Of a DNA stretch of 64,000 nt, positions 30,290 to 39,730 are shown one piece after another. The translations under genes and the position numbers were made by a program. The notes beneath the pieces are model-generated. The model saw nothing but the letters and a program-made list of their open reading frames with translations. It was not told where the DNA came from and did no database searches. Numbering within the stretch: the stretch's first letter is position 1; each line of letters opens with the position of its first letter. Source of the DNA: an uncultured Candidatus Saccharibacteria bacterium (lineage in GTDB: Bacteria > Patescibacteriota > Minisyncoccia > Phycocordibacterales > EsbW-18); the NCBI GenBank assembly GCA_964520295.1, contig CAZFMQ010000002.1:50379-114378 (forward strand), in the 5' to 3' direction.

Positions 30290-30613
30290 TTACAGTGTGT
30301 CTTCTTTGAGTGCGGCAAGTGCGTCGTCTACGTTTGCAGCTTGCGTCATGCGTGTTGAACCATCTGGTTCAAGGATTTTCAAATTGACACGTGCGTTGTT
30401 TTTCATGCCCACAACACGCAAGAGTGTGCGGATTGCCTTGGCGGTATTACCCGAGCGACCAACAACCGTACCCATGTCTTTTTGATTCACTTTCAATGTA
30501 ATGAGTACACCCATCTCATCAACGGTGCGCTCAACGTGCACATCGTCTGGATTTTCTACGAGTGCCTTTACAACACTTTCAAGAAACGCTGCGTCCTGAT
30601 ATTCGTTTTGCAT
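30290..30613 (-). CDS. KH-domain RNA-binding protein (YlqC/UPF0109-like)
   Basis: A GxxG KH loop (VVGRSGNTAKAIRTLL). 107 aa. It sits in the conserved rpsP-KH-trmD neighbourhood. Confidence 0.6.
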   Translation of the reverse strand: MQNEYQDAAFLESVVKALVENPDDVHVERTVDEMGVLITLKVNQKDMGTVVGRSGNTAKAIRTLLRVVGMKNNARVNLKILEPDGSTRMTQAANVDDALAALKEDTL

Positions 30614-30702
30614 ATAGTATTACTACCTGTCTGGTAACGAGCCCTGTGGCTTGTGTTTCAGTATACGGCAGAGAAAATCCCGTGTCTATTGGATAGTGCA
30701 GA

Positions 30703-30760
30703 GACCGAAATACCCATTGGCATTTCGGTCTCCAAAAGAAAAATCCCGATATATCGGGAT
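30703..30760. promoter_or_regulatory. Two tandem perfect hairpins between rpsP and the KH gene (attenuator/terminator-like)
   Basis: gagaccgaaat-acccattggc-atttcggtctc (11-bp stem) is immediately followed by aatcccgatatatcgggatt (9-bp stem). A/T tracts lie on both sides. Confidence 0.5.
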
Positions 30761-30761
30761 T

Positions 30762-31274
30762 TTATTCTGTCTTTGGTTCTTCTGTTGCTTCAGGTGCCTC
30801 CGTTGGCGCTTCAACTGGGGCTTCTTCCGCTGGTGCTTCCTCTGCTGGCGCTTCAGCAGGTGTCTCAACAGGAGCTTCTTCGGGAGTCGTTTCAGCTGAT
30901 GCAACTACTGGCTCTGCAACCGCCTCTGTGGGTGCTTCTGCCTGAGCCTCTGCCGCTGCCTCTGGAGCCGCCACCTCTTCTACAGGTTGTTCTTTTACGA
31001 TTGGGGTCTTCTGTGGAAGTACGTTGCGCTTTTTACCTTCAATAACACCCGCGTCCACAAGCATGTTGTACACACGATCTGTTGGCTGTGCACCATGCGC
31101 AATCCAGTACTTTGCACGTTCTGCATCAAGTGACTTTTGTTTTGTCACTGCATTATAAAAACCAATTTGATCTACGTGACTGCCGGCTTTAGGGCCACGA
31201 GTACCTTCAAGCACCACCACACGGAATGAGGGGTCATTGGTACGGCCATATCGTTGAAGTCGAATCTTGAGCAT
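30762..31274 (-). CDS. rpsP: 30S ribosomal protein S16 with about 90-aa Ala/Glu/Pro-rich C-terminal extension
   Basis: MLKIRLQRYGRTNDPSFRVVVLEGTRGPKAGSHVDQIGFYN is canonical bS16. The tail is EAPAEE-type low complexity. The track ORF extends upstream from a GTG, but the real start is at the ATG. Confidence 0.8.
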   Translation of the reverse strand: MLKIRLQRYGRTNDPSFRVVVLEGTRGPKAGSHVDQIGFYNAVTKQKSLDAERAKYWIAHGAQPTDRVYNMLVDAGVIEGKKRNVLPQKTPIVKEQPVEEVAAPEAAAEAQAEAPTEAVAEPVVASAETTPEEAPVETPAEAPAEEAPAEEAPVEAPTEAPEATEEPKTE

Positions 31275-31385
31275 TTTTGAGAATGAAAAACTGCCGAAAC
31301 AGCAGTCACAGAACTGTACCAAAAGGCACGGAAAAAGGCAATATCTGTAGCCAATAACCCCTTTGTATGGTATCGTCTGACCCAC

Positions 31386-33374
31386 ATGCATAAGAAACGA
31401 CGCCCTCACGACAGAGGCACACGGCACGCTACGCGCACCCCACAACGCCACACGCCAAAAACTCCGGCACAGTTTGAAGCAATCATTCGTACAACCCCAA
31501 AAGGGTTGGGTTTTGTTGCGCACCCAACCGACGAGAAGGAATCAATCCGCATTGAGCCGGGTAATCTTGCAACGGCAATGCATGGCGACAATGTGCGTGT
31601 GGAAGTATTGCCCCATCGTGTTCGTGGCGAACAAGTGGCGCGCGTAACCGATGTATTACACCGTGCAAAAACAAAATTTGTCGGCTCCGTTGAAGACAGA
31701 GACGGTGCACTCGTCCTCATTCCAGACAATCGCAAAAGCTACACACCTATACTCCTTATTGATGCAGGTGAAAGTGTTCCGGGTGATAAAGCATTCGTTG
31801 AGCTTGTAGCATGGACTGATCCAACACAACTACCAACAGGACGTGTCATAGAAAACATCGGCAAAAAAGGTAATCACGAAGTAGAAATCCGTTCCATCAT
31901 TCTTGAAAAAGGCATTGATGACACCTTTCCAAAAGAAGTTGAAGAAGAAGCACAGCGTATTCATGAGGCCTATAACGCCGATGCAGCACTCGCTGGACGA
32001 AAAGATTTTCGTACCACGACAACATTTACCATTGACCCTGTAGATGCAAAAGATTTTGACGATGCTCTCTCAGTCCGCTTTCTGGAAGATGGCACCATGG
32101 AAGTGGGCGTGCATATTGCCGATGTGTCGCACTTCGTTGTCCCTGGTTCAGCACTTGATCGCGAAGCACGCGTGCGTGGATTTTCATCGTACCTTGTTGA
32201 TCGCACCATTCCGATGCTTCCCGAAGTGCTCTCAAATGATTTGTGTAGCTTGAAACCTGATGTAGATCGTCTCACCTACTCATGCTGGTTTACGCTTGCC
32301 CCTTCTGGTGAAATCCTTTCACGTGATTTTGGACGAGGCATTATTCACTCTGTGCGCCGTTTTACCTACGAAGAAGCGCAAACGGTGCTGACTGCAGGTC
32401 AAGGTGAGTACTACAAAGAACTGCATGCACTCAACACGTGGGCAAAGCGCTCACGCGCAGAACGTATGCAACGTGGTGCGATTGATTTTGAACAACACGA
32501 GGTTCGCTTTGAGCTTGCTGATGATGGCGTACCGCTCTCTGCATATACAAAGGAACGTCTTGATACACATAAACTTATTGAAGAGTTCATGTTGCTCGCC
32601 AACCGTGAAGTAGCGGAGTTTATTCATGGTATGTACGAAAAGAAGCGTCACCCATTTATCTATCGCGTGCACGATACGCCCAACCCAGAGCGCATTGGTG
32701 ATTTGGCAGAGTTTGTACATGCACTTGGGTACACACTTGAAATGACACCGCAAGGCGGTGTCACGGGTCGCGCGCTCAACAAACTGTTTACTGAAGTTGC
32801 CGAAGCACCTGAAGCAGATCTCATTTTGACCGCAGGATTGCGTTCAATGTCAAAAGCTATTTACTCGACGCGCAACATTGGGCACTTTGGTCTCGCACTC
32901 AAAGCATACACACAATTCACCTCACCTATTCGCCGCTACGCCGACTTGCTCGTGCATCGCTTGTTGTTTGCACAGCAAACGCAAGGCACACTTCCTATCA
33001 ATGACTATCCGTTCTATGCAAAATTGGCTGAAGAAATTTCTGAACGTGAACTCTCTATCATTGAGGCAGAACGTGAATCAGTGAAATTGAAACAATCAGA
33101 GTACATGGCGGCACGCATTGGACAAGAATTTGAAGGTGTCATCTCTGGTGCATCCGATTGGGGTATTTTCGTAGAAGAAAAAGATACGCACGCCGAAGGA
33201 TTGGTGCGCATGGCGAATATGCCCAACGATTATTATCGCCACGAACCAAAAAAATATCGTGTCATTGGTGAGCGCACCAAAAAAGTGTATTCACTCGGTG
33301 ATGTGGTGTGCTTCAAAGTATTGGGGGTGGATGTTGACCGAAAGCAGATTGATTGCGCGCTTGTAGAAAAATAG
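31386..33374 (+). CDS. rnr: Ribonuclease R / RNase II family exoribonuclease
   Basis: The RNB catalytic domain (FTIDPVDAKDFDDALSV, HIADVSHFV), a C-terminal S1 domain and a basic N-terminus. Confidence 0.85.
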   Translation: MHKKRRPHDRGTRHATRTPQRHTPKTPAQFEAIIRTTPKGLGFVAHPTDEKESIRIEPGNLATAMHGDNVRVEVLPHRVRGEQVARVTDVLHRAKTKFVGSVEDRDGALVLIPDNRKSYTPILLIDAGESVPGDKAFVELVAWTDPTQLPTGRVIENIGKKGNHEVEIRSIILEKGIDDTFPKEVEEEAQRIHEAYNADAALAGRKDFRTTTTFTIDPVDAKDFDDALSVRFLEDGTMEVGVHIADVSHFVVPGSALDREARVRGFSSYLVDRTIPMLPEVLSNDLCSLKPDVDRLTYSCWFTLAPSGEILSRDFGRGIIHSVRRFTYEEAQTVLTAGQGEYYKELHALNTWAKRSRAERMQRGAIDFEQHEVRFELADDGVPLSAYTKERLDTHKLIEEFMLLANREVAEFIHGMYEKKRHPFIYRVHDTPNPERIGDLAEFVHALGYTLEMTPQGGVTGRALNKLFTEVAEAPEADLILTAGLRSMSKAIYSTRNIGHFGLALKAYTQFTSPIRRYADLLVHRLLFAQQTQGTLPINDYPFYAKLAEEISERELSIIEAERESVKLKQSEYMAARIGQEFEGVISGASDWGIFVEEKDTHAEGLVRMANMPNDYYRHEPKKYRVIGERTKKVYSLGDVVCFKVLGVDVDRKQIDCALVEK

Positions 33375-33394
33375 GCATACCGTACAATAGAGAT

Positions 33395-33625
33395 ATGCTT
33401 GAGATATTGCCACTGGCACTTCCCTCATCTATGTCGCCCACGAGCATTGTGTGGTGCATCTTTGCAGTCGTCTGCATACTCTGGGCAATCGCAACAGCCA
33501 TTCTCCTCTTTCACTGGCGTGCATACGGCACCAAAACACCACGTCTCAAACGCATGAAGCGTATATATCTGATTGGCTCAGGTATTCTGTTGGCATCTGC
33601 ACTTAGTTTTATTTTCTCTCTGTAA
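33395..33625 (+). CDS. Small two-helix membrane protein (possible YdbS-like partner)
   Basis: Two predicted hydrophobic helices. It lies directly upstream of the bPH_2 protein. The start is uncertain. Confidence 0.35.
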   Translation: MLEILPLALPSSMSPTSIVWCIFAVVCILWAIATAILLFHWRAYGTKTPRLKRMKRIYLIGSGILLASALSFIFSL

Positions 33626-33629
33626 GTAT

Positions 33630-34214
33630 ATGAATCAGTACACAAAAGGCATACACGTTGATGCACCTGATAACCACATACACGGATTGGTTGATTTAGA
33701 GCCAGGCGAGAAAATACTGCTGGAAGTGCGCCGTCACATGTTTGTGCTCTACACCAAGGTCGCATTCATTGCCATACTCTTTTTTGCACCAATGTTTCTC
33801 TTCGGCCTTATGTCGGCGGGTATCAACCACTATATAGGTTCTGGGGGTAGTGTTATTACAGGATTCTTATATGCGATCTGGGTACTCTTTCTATGGATAC
33901 TGTTTTTCTACTACTGGACCGATTACTATCTTGATGTATGGGTAATTACGAATCGTCGTATTTTTGATATTGAACAAGTAGGCGTCTTCCGCCGTGATGT
34001 GTCTGTCACTCGATTAGAAAAAGTGGAAGACGTGACCACATCAGTACGCGGTGTCTTCGCCACATTCCTGCATTTCGGCGATCTACACATTCACACCGCA
34101 GGAAGTGAGATTGATTTCAGCATTAAAAATGCCGCGAACCCTATGTTTGTAAAAGAAACCATTATGCGTGCACACGGCGAGCGCATTTCAGGTGAAAAAC
34201 TCCTCCACGAATAG
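33630..34214 (+). CDS. Bacterial PH-domain (bPH_2/YdbT-like) membrane protein
   Basis: Two N-terminal TM helices followed by a YdbT-like domain (DVWVITNRRIFDIEQ...LHIHTAGS). Confidence 0.6.
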   Translation: MNQYTKGIHVDAPDNHIHGLVDLEPGEKILLEVRRHMFVLYTKVAFIAILFFAPMFLFGLMSAGINHYIGSGGSVITGFLYAIWVLFLWILFFYYWTDYYLDVWVITNRRIFDIEQVGVFRRDVSVTRLEKVEDVTTSVRGVFATFLHFGDLHIHTAGSEIDFSIKNAANPMFVKETIMRAHGERISGEKLLHE

Positions 34215-34224
34215 TGCGTGTCCG

Positions 34225-36522
34225 TTATTTTGCGACCGCAGATGCTTCCGTAAATGAAACTGAAAGCAGTTGCGATACTGCATCGTGCCCCATCGTCACA
34301 CCGTACAGAACCCCTGCACGCGACATTGTTTCGCGATTATGCGTAATCAAAATAAGTTGTGTCTTCTGCGCCAAGTTTTCAATCATGTCTCCGTAGCGTC
34401 GGCTGTTTGCTTCATCTAATGCCGCATCTGTTTCGTCTAAGATAATAAACGGTGGTGGATTTACTTGTGACATTGCAAAAATAAGTGCGATAGACGTTAG
34501 CGCACGCTCACCACCCGACAACATTTCCAATCCGCGTACCTTTTTGCGTGGGAGCGACACGTTGATTTCAACACCTTCCTGCACTTTTTCTTCATCGTCG
34601 GCGCCACCATCCTCATCGTTTTCTAACATGCTTTCAAGATCAGTATCTTTGCGTGCACGCTTTTTCTCTTTCACCACATCCAACGATGCTGAACCGCCAC
34701 CAAACATAATGGAGAAAAATGAATTGAACTCTATGTTGATTTTTTGTATACCTTCGGAGAACTCTCGCGAGAGCGTTGTATCCAAATCTACAATCAGCTG
34801 TTTCAGCGCATCAGCCGAAGCTACCAAATCTGCGATTTCTTTTTCCAAATGCGCATCGCGGGCTGTTACCTCCTCAAATTCTTTGACCACATCATCGCCG
34901 CCTGCCGTTCCTGCTTCTTCTAAACGAATTTTCATGCGTTCAATATCTTTTTTACGCCCCTGTTGTACCGAGCGCTCCTCTTTTGTGTCGCTCTGTGCAA
35001 GCACCGCAAGAATGTCGTCAAATCGAACGGCTTCTAGGCCAGCAAGCGCACCCGCTTCAATCAATTCACGTTTATATTCCTCCTCCTCAAGAGCACATGC
35101 TTGTAGTTCCCCTTTGAGTGTTTGAATCTGCAAGCGTACATTCTGCTGTTCATGCGAGAGTGCAAAAATAGCACGCTCTATTTCACGTCCCGATGTGAGA
35201 TCTTCTTCAATCGTTGATTGCAATTTTTTATAGGTCGCTTCGTGCTCGTGTTCCTCTGCAGTACTACGCTCAATATCTGCCGTAATACGTGCGCGCTCTT
35301 TTTCAAGGTTTTGTAGTTGTACGCGCATATCCTCTAACTCATTGGAAGATGTAGCAGTGGTGCCCGCAAGAGTGTCGGAAAAATCACTCACGGTTGTCTT
35401 GAGACGTTGTAGCGCGTCTTTGAGTCCACCAATATCAGAAAGCACGAGCGCATCGGTAATGTGTGCCAACACCTTTGAAACAAGTGTAGATACAGATGCG
35501 TACGGCACGGTACGGTGCGCATCTTCTGTCTGGCGTTTTTCTTCACGCGCAATGAGTGCAGTAATAGCCGCCATTTCACCCTCTAGACGGCCGGCGTCAC
35601 GCATTTTTTCATCTTTCTGTTGGCGAATGGTGCGTAATTTTTGTTCACTAGCAAGTAATGCTTCTGATGTGGTGTCTTTGTGTGAAAGCTGTTGTAATTT
35701 TTCACGCGCGTCGCCAATCTCGCGTTCCAATGTGCGCATACGTTCTTCGTGCGGTTGTAGCGCTTCTTCAAGCGATGTACGTTCACGTGCAAGATATGTT
35801 TTTTCTCGCGCAAAATATTCTCGGTACTCTTGCACCAACGCACTGGCAAGTTCGCGTGCCTTTGCCACTTTTGCCATCTGCTTCTCCAAAAACTTCAAAT
35901 GTGGTTTGAGTTCACGGCGAATGCTTTCTGCTTTTTCCAGATTCTCTGCTGTCTTTTCAAGTTTCTTGATGCTCTCTTCTTTTTTGTACTGATACACCTT
36001 CAAACCCAGGGCGTCTTCTACCATTGTCTTTCGCTCGCGTGGATTGACCGACAAAATTCTATCTGCTTCACCTTGCGAAATGATGTGGTGCCCCGATGCA
36101 CCAATGTGCGCACTACTCAATAATTCAAAAATATCTTTGAGGCGTGATGATGATCCGTTCAAATTGTATTCCGATGATGCATCGCGGTGAATAATGCGCT
36201 CCAACAGCACCTCGTCGAAATCCAAATCAAAAAGCTTTTGGCCATCAGCGCCAGCACGTGTGGTGTTGTCAAAGGTCAATTTGACGTATGCACGATTACT
36301 GCGTGGTGCATCTTTTGAGCCATTCCAAATAAGATCTTCCGTGCGCTTTCCGCGCATTGATTTCAATGACTGCTCACCGAGCACAAACCGGAATGCTTCT
36401 GCAACGTTTGATTTACCCGAACCATTCGGGCCAACAATTGCAGTAATGGGGGTTTTGAACTCAAGTGTTGTTTTCTTTGCAAACGATTTGAATCCAGAAA
36501 GTTCCAGCGATTTCAGATACAT
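34225..36522 (-). CDS. smc: SMC-family chromosome segregation ATPase (short, 765 aa)
   Basis: The N-terminal MYLKSLELSGFKSFAKKTTLEFKTPITAIVGPNGSGKSN (SMC head), coiled-coil middle, signature LSGGERAL and a Walker B ILDETDAALD. Confidence 0.75.
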   Translation of the reverse strand: MYLKSLELSGFKSFAKKTTLEFKTPITAIVGPNGSGKSNVAEAFRFVLGEQSLKSMRGKRTEDLIWNGSKDAPRSNRAYVKLTFDNTTRAGADGQKLFDLDFDEVLLERIIHRDASSEYNLNGSSSRLKDIFELLSSAHIGASGHHIISQGEADRILSVNPRERKTMVEDALGLKVYQYKKEESIKKLEKTAENLEKAESIRRELKPHLKFLEKQMAKVAKARELASALVQEYREYFAREKTYLARERTSLEEALQPHEERMRTLEREIGDAREKLQQLSHKDTTSEALLASEQKLRTIRQQKDEKMRDAGRLEGEMAAITALIAREEKRQTEDAHRTVPYASVSTLVSKVLAHITDALVLSDIGGLKDALQRLKTTVSDFSDTLAGTTATSSNELEDMRVQLQNLEKERARITADIERSTAEEHEHEATYKKLQSTIEEDLTSGREIERAIFALSHEQQNVRLQIQTLKGELQACALEEEEYKRELIEAGALAGLEAVRFDDILAVLAQSDTKEERSVQQGRKKDIERMKIRLEEAGTAGGDDVVKEFEEVTARDAHLEKEIADLVASADALKQLIVDLDTTLSREFSEGIQKINIEFNSFFSIMFGGGSASLDVVKEKKRARKDTDLESMLENDEDGGADDEEKVQEGVEINVSLPRKKVRGLEMLSGGERALTSIALIFAMSQVNPPPFIILDETDAALDEANSRRYGDMIENLAQKTQLILITHNRETMSRAGVLYGVTMGHDAVSQLLSVSFTEASAVAK

Positions 36523-36555
36523 ACGTTCCTATTATCTCAAATACAGGAAGAATTT

Positions 36556-36588
36556 CCATAGAAAAAGCGGCGACATGATGAATCATGT
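36556..36588 (-). terminator. Rho-independent terminator of the GC-rich small ORF (minus strand)
   Basis: gcggcgacatgat-ga-atcatgtcgccgc is a perfect 13-bp stem, followed on the minus strand by ttttt. Confidence 0.6.
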
Positions 36589-36606
36589 CGCCGCTGACCA
36601 CCGCCT

Positions 36607-36885
36607 TCAGGCGGTGGCAATCAGATACAGGCCCTTCATGACCGCTCCGATGCGGTCCATCAGGGACTGATACACCCTCTCGTTGTCTGGCCGCTCGTCC
36701 TGCCAGACAACCATCACTGACCCAGCGGGTGTGGAGAACCAGGACACGGAATGCCCCACGAGAGGTTCCATGCCCTTTCCCCCTCTGATGACGCTCGCCC
36801 AAATAGTGGGCTTGAGGTACGCCATCACCGCCAGTGTCCTGTTCTCGGCGTACGGGAACGTGCGCACGAGAATCGTACTCTCCAT
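36607..36885 (-). CDS. Hypothetical protein in GC-rich insert between rnc and smc
   Basis: 92 aa from the ATG (MESTILVRTFPYAENR) with an upstream gggagag SD. GC is about 60%. A strong terminator lies downstream. A competing plus-strand ORF (36683-36970) cannot be excluded. Confidence 0.4.
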   Translation of the reverse strand: MESTILVRTFPYAENRTLAVMAYLKPTIWASVIRGGKGMEPLVGHSVSWFSTPAGSVMVVWQDERPDNERVYQSLMDRIGAVMKGLYLIATA

Positions 36886-37053
36886 CTCTCCCGGCTCAAA
36901 AACCGTGAGACAGGTGCACGCAATCTCCTTTGGCAAGGAGAAGTTTGCAATAATAAAGTCCACTAAATAACCCCTTTCTATAGCCCGTGGGCTACGGCTG
37001 TGAAAAATCCAAAAGAAAGATACCACACAAAACACCACTGTGTCAATAAACCC

Positions 37054-37743
37054 TTATGACCAGTGTTTCTTTTCAAGAGCGGCACTCGCAGCTGATTGTT
37101 CCGCTTCTTGCTTGCTCTTCCCCATACCATCTGCAACTTGCGTCTCACCTAAATAGACAGCAACGGTAAATTCTCGATCGTGATCAGGTCCTTCTTCTCG
37201 TACTGTTTTATACGAAGGTGTAATTCCAACTTTATCTTGTGCCACCTCCTGTAAACGACTCTTTGCATCACGCCATAAATGTTTACCGACAATATCATCA
37301 GTCAGTGGCAGTAAAAACTTTGAGACAAAAGCGCGCGCTGTTTCGTACCCGCCGTCCAAAAAGAGCGCACCGACAATGGCTTCAAATGCGTTGGCGAGAA
37401 TGTACTGGCGCGCGCGTCCGGTATCTTTTGCTTCACCACGTGAGAGCAACAAAAAATCATTCACACCGATATCCAGTGCAACGGTCGAGAGTGTTGACGT
37501 ATTCACCAATCCCGCACGGTACGATGTCAAATCACCTTCATTTTTCTGCGGATACCGAGCAAACAAAAATTCTGTTGTAATCAATTCTAAAACCGCGTCT
37601 CCTAAAAACTCCAGACGCTCATTGTGTTGGCCCTTCTTTCGCGATTCATTGATAAATGAACGATGGGTCAATGCAGTAGTGAGCAAAGACGCATCAGCGA
37701 ATGTGTGGCCGATTTTTTGTTCAAATAAAGAAAACTCTTTCAT
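37054..37743 (-). CDS. rnc: Ribonuclease III
   Basis: The ERLEFLGDAVLEL signature and a C-terminal dsRBD. Confidence 0.9.
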   Translation of the reverse strand: MKEFSLFEQKIGHTFADASLLTTALTHRSFINESRKKGQHNERLEFLGDAVLELITTEFLFARYPQKNEGDLTSYRAGLVNTSTLSTVALDIGVNDFLLLSRGEAKDTGRARQYILANAFEAIVGALFLDGGYETARAFVSKFLLPLTDDIVGKHLWRDAKSRLQEVAQDKVGITPSYKTVREEGPDHDREFTVAVYLGETQVADGMGKSKQEAEQSAASAALEKKHWS

Positions 37744-37746
37744 ACC

Positions 37747-38649
37747 TTACTGGTGTTGCTTTTGAGAGAGCAACGTAATTGCCTTCGTAATCAGCGGTAG
37801 AATATCGTCGTAAATGTTGAGGTTTACAATTTCACCGAGACGGAACCATCGTGCATCATCTAAACCGCCTGACGAACCGAGGTGCAAATCACGGAATGGT
37901 GCTTCTGCAAGGAAGTAGGTAACGCGCTTGCGTATCTTTCCCTTCTCGGGATGCGACGCAATGTACTCATTACTACCAATTTCATCTTGCAAGGTAATGT
38001 CCAGCCCTAATTCTTTGTGTATCTCGCGCACCGTACCTGTACGCACATCTTCCTTTTCTTCTATGCGCCCTTTGGAAAGAGTCCAGTGTCCGAAGACGTC
38101 ATGCACAAACGCGATATAAATATCGTCTTCATGACGAGCGTACACGACCGCGCCGCCCAACACCTCTTGTGGCATTTCTTCATACGGCACCTCTTTCTTT
38201 CGTTTTGATGTCTCGTTCTTGCCTGGCTCTCCCAATTCTTTATATACAGAGCCAAGTACACCGTTGACGAAACGACCCGATGAGTCACCACCAAAACTTT
38301 TCGCAAGTTCAATAGCTTCATTAATGGCAACTTTTGCAGGTACATTTGCACGGTCACCGAACAAAAGTTCAAAGAGACCGAGACGTAATACGTTGCGGTC
38401 TACAAGCGAAATTTTCTCCAGCGGCCATTCAGGTGCCGCTTTGACAATAATAGTGTCAATATCTTTTCGCTTCTCAATAACCCCTTTCAAGAGTGATCTC
38501 ATAAATTCTCCTTCATTGATGCCGTGTGCGTATTCGTCGGCAACATGAGAAAGGATACCGTCTGCTTCTTTTGAAGAAACGGGAGAAAAATCAATCTGGA
38601 AAAGTGTCTGAAGAACAACTGATCTCGCTAGGTGGCGATTACTCATCAT
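37747..38649 (-). CDS. nusB: NusB-Nudix fusion protein (N-terminal transcription antitermination factor NusB, C-terminal Nudix hydrolase)
   Basis: Residues about 1-150: VPAKVAINEAIELAKSFGGDSSGRFVNGVLGSV is nearly identical to the NusB core. Residues about 190-300 carry the Nudix box GHWTLSKGRIEEKEDVRTGTVREIHKELGL (Gx5Ex7REUxEExGU). Confidence 0.75.
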   Translation of the reverse strand: MMSNRHLARSVVLQTLFQIDFSPVSSKEADGILSHVADEYAHGINEGEFMRSLLKGVIEKRKDIDTIIVKAAPEWPLEKISLVDRNVLRLGLFELLFGDRANVPAKVAINEAIELAKSFGGDSSGRFVNGVLGSVYKELGEPGKNETSKRKKEVPYEEMPQEVLGGAVVYARHEDDIYIAFVHDVFGHWTLSKGRIEEKEDVRTGTVREIHKELGLDITLQDEIGSNEYIASHPEKGKIRKRVTYFLAEAPFRDLHLGSSGGLDDARWFRLGEIVNLNIYDDILPLITKAITLLSQKQHQ

Positions 38650-38704
38650 CTATTGTGCGCATCACATACGGCAATGCGCGATGTCAAACGTCTACCGTGA
38701 GACC

Positions 38705-38968
38705 TTATTTGGCCTCTGCTTTAGCTGCTTCCTTTGCATTCTCTCCACGTGCGCGGAGTTTTGCTTGTTTACGAGCCAATGAACGCTCAGAACGCGCCTG
38801 CATATCTACAACAGTGCGGCCGCGGTAGGCACCACAAACGCCACATGCTTGGTGACGAATATGCTGTGAACCACATGATGCGCACACAGAAAAACGTGGC
38901 CCTTTGAGGGCGTGGTGTGACCGGCGGTTACCGGTGTGACCTTTTGTGTGTCGCATGCGAACTGTCAT
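38705..38968 (-). CDS. rpmF: 50S ribosomal protein L32 with Lys/Ala-rich C-terminal tail
   Basis: RRSHHALKGPRFSVCASCGSQHIRHQACGVCGAYRG is canonical bL32 with the zinc-ribbon Cys. The start is at the ATG MTVRM (the track starts at a TTG). Confidence 0.75.
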   Translation of the reverse strand: MTVRMRHTKGHTGNRRSHHALKGPRFSVCASCGSQHIRHQACGVCGAYRGRTVVDMQARSERSLARKQAKLRARGENAKEAAKAEAK

Positions 38969-39037
38969 ACCGAAATACAGTACCAAAAAAGCCCTAAAAA
39001 CGCAACTAGAGACGGGCGGGCACTGTGGACTGGTGGA

Positions 39038-39619
39038 TTACTGAAAACGGCGGCAAAAAGTTGCTCGGTGGATTGGAGAGAGTCCGTGTTTTTTGAGTAC
39101 ATTGGTGTGTGTTTTTGTGCCATATCCTTTATGGCTCTTGAATCCGTATGCAGGATAGTATGTGTCCATGCGGAGCATATAGCGATCGCGTAGAACCTTT
39201 GCAACCACAGATGCCAATGCAATTGCTAATTCTTTTTCATCGCCTTTGATAATCGTTTTTTGATTCTTATATATGTGTGGTGCATGCAAAGTGCCATCCA
39301 GAAGTATTTTTGCGTTGTGACGCGCGCCTATTTTCTTTAATGCGCGCGTCACACAACCGGCAATTGCCGGCACGATGCCATTGCGGTCAATTGCAGGCGC
39401 GCTTGCCGAAACGGCTACATAAGCAAGCGCGCCGTCTCTCTGCAATGCACGGATGCTGGCAAACCACTCCTCCCGCACTGTCTCTGACAATTGTTTTGAA
39501 TCACGCACACGCGGAAATATCGCGCGCACTACTGCTACATCATGCAGAGCAACGCAACCAACATACACAGGACCCGCCAACGGCCCCCGCCCCGCCTCAT
39601 CAATTCCAATCACGTTCAT
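39038..39619 (-). CDS. rnhB: Ribonuclease HII
   Basis: The MNVIGIDEAGRGPLAGPV active-site motif. The start is at the internal ATG. Confidence 0.85.
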   Translation of the reverse strand: MNVIGIDEAGRGPLAGPVYVGCVALHDVAVVRAIFPRVRDSKQLSETVREEWFASIRALQRDGALAYVAVSASAPAIDRNGIVPAIAGCVTRALKKIGARHNAKILLDGTLHAPHIYKNQKTIIKGDEKELAIALASVVAKVLRDRYMLRMDTYYPAYGFKSHKGYGTKTHTNVLKKHGLSPIHRATFCRRFQ

Positions 39620-39730
39620 TGTATATAACGTAGCACATACCACACGGCCTCCCCTTTACAACCTCCGCAAGAAACCGCCGAACGCGCAATCCACTCCATA
39701 TAATTGGACTTCATCTTGTATCATGAATGT

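Noticed and set aside
30653-31045. 130-aa Leu/Pro-rich ORF (and 30651-30899, 30686-30904 ORFs) overlapping the rpsP 3' region
   Set aside because: These are alternative or antisense frames of the GCT/GAA-rich repeat encoding the S16 AEP tail. They are low complexity with no start context.
34544-35992. Two Ser-rich ORFs (193 and 216 aa) on plus strand within smc
   Set aside because: They are antisense to a well-supported SMC coding frame. Their compositionally biased (Ser/Arg) translations are typical of reverse frames of coiled-coil genes.
36683-36970. 95-aa plus-strand ORF overlapping the GC-rich minus-strand small ORF
   Set aside because: The terminator T-tract and the SD support minus-strand transcription. 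This is kept only as an alternative in the finding, not as a feature.
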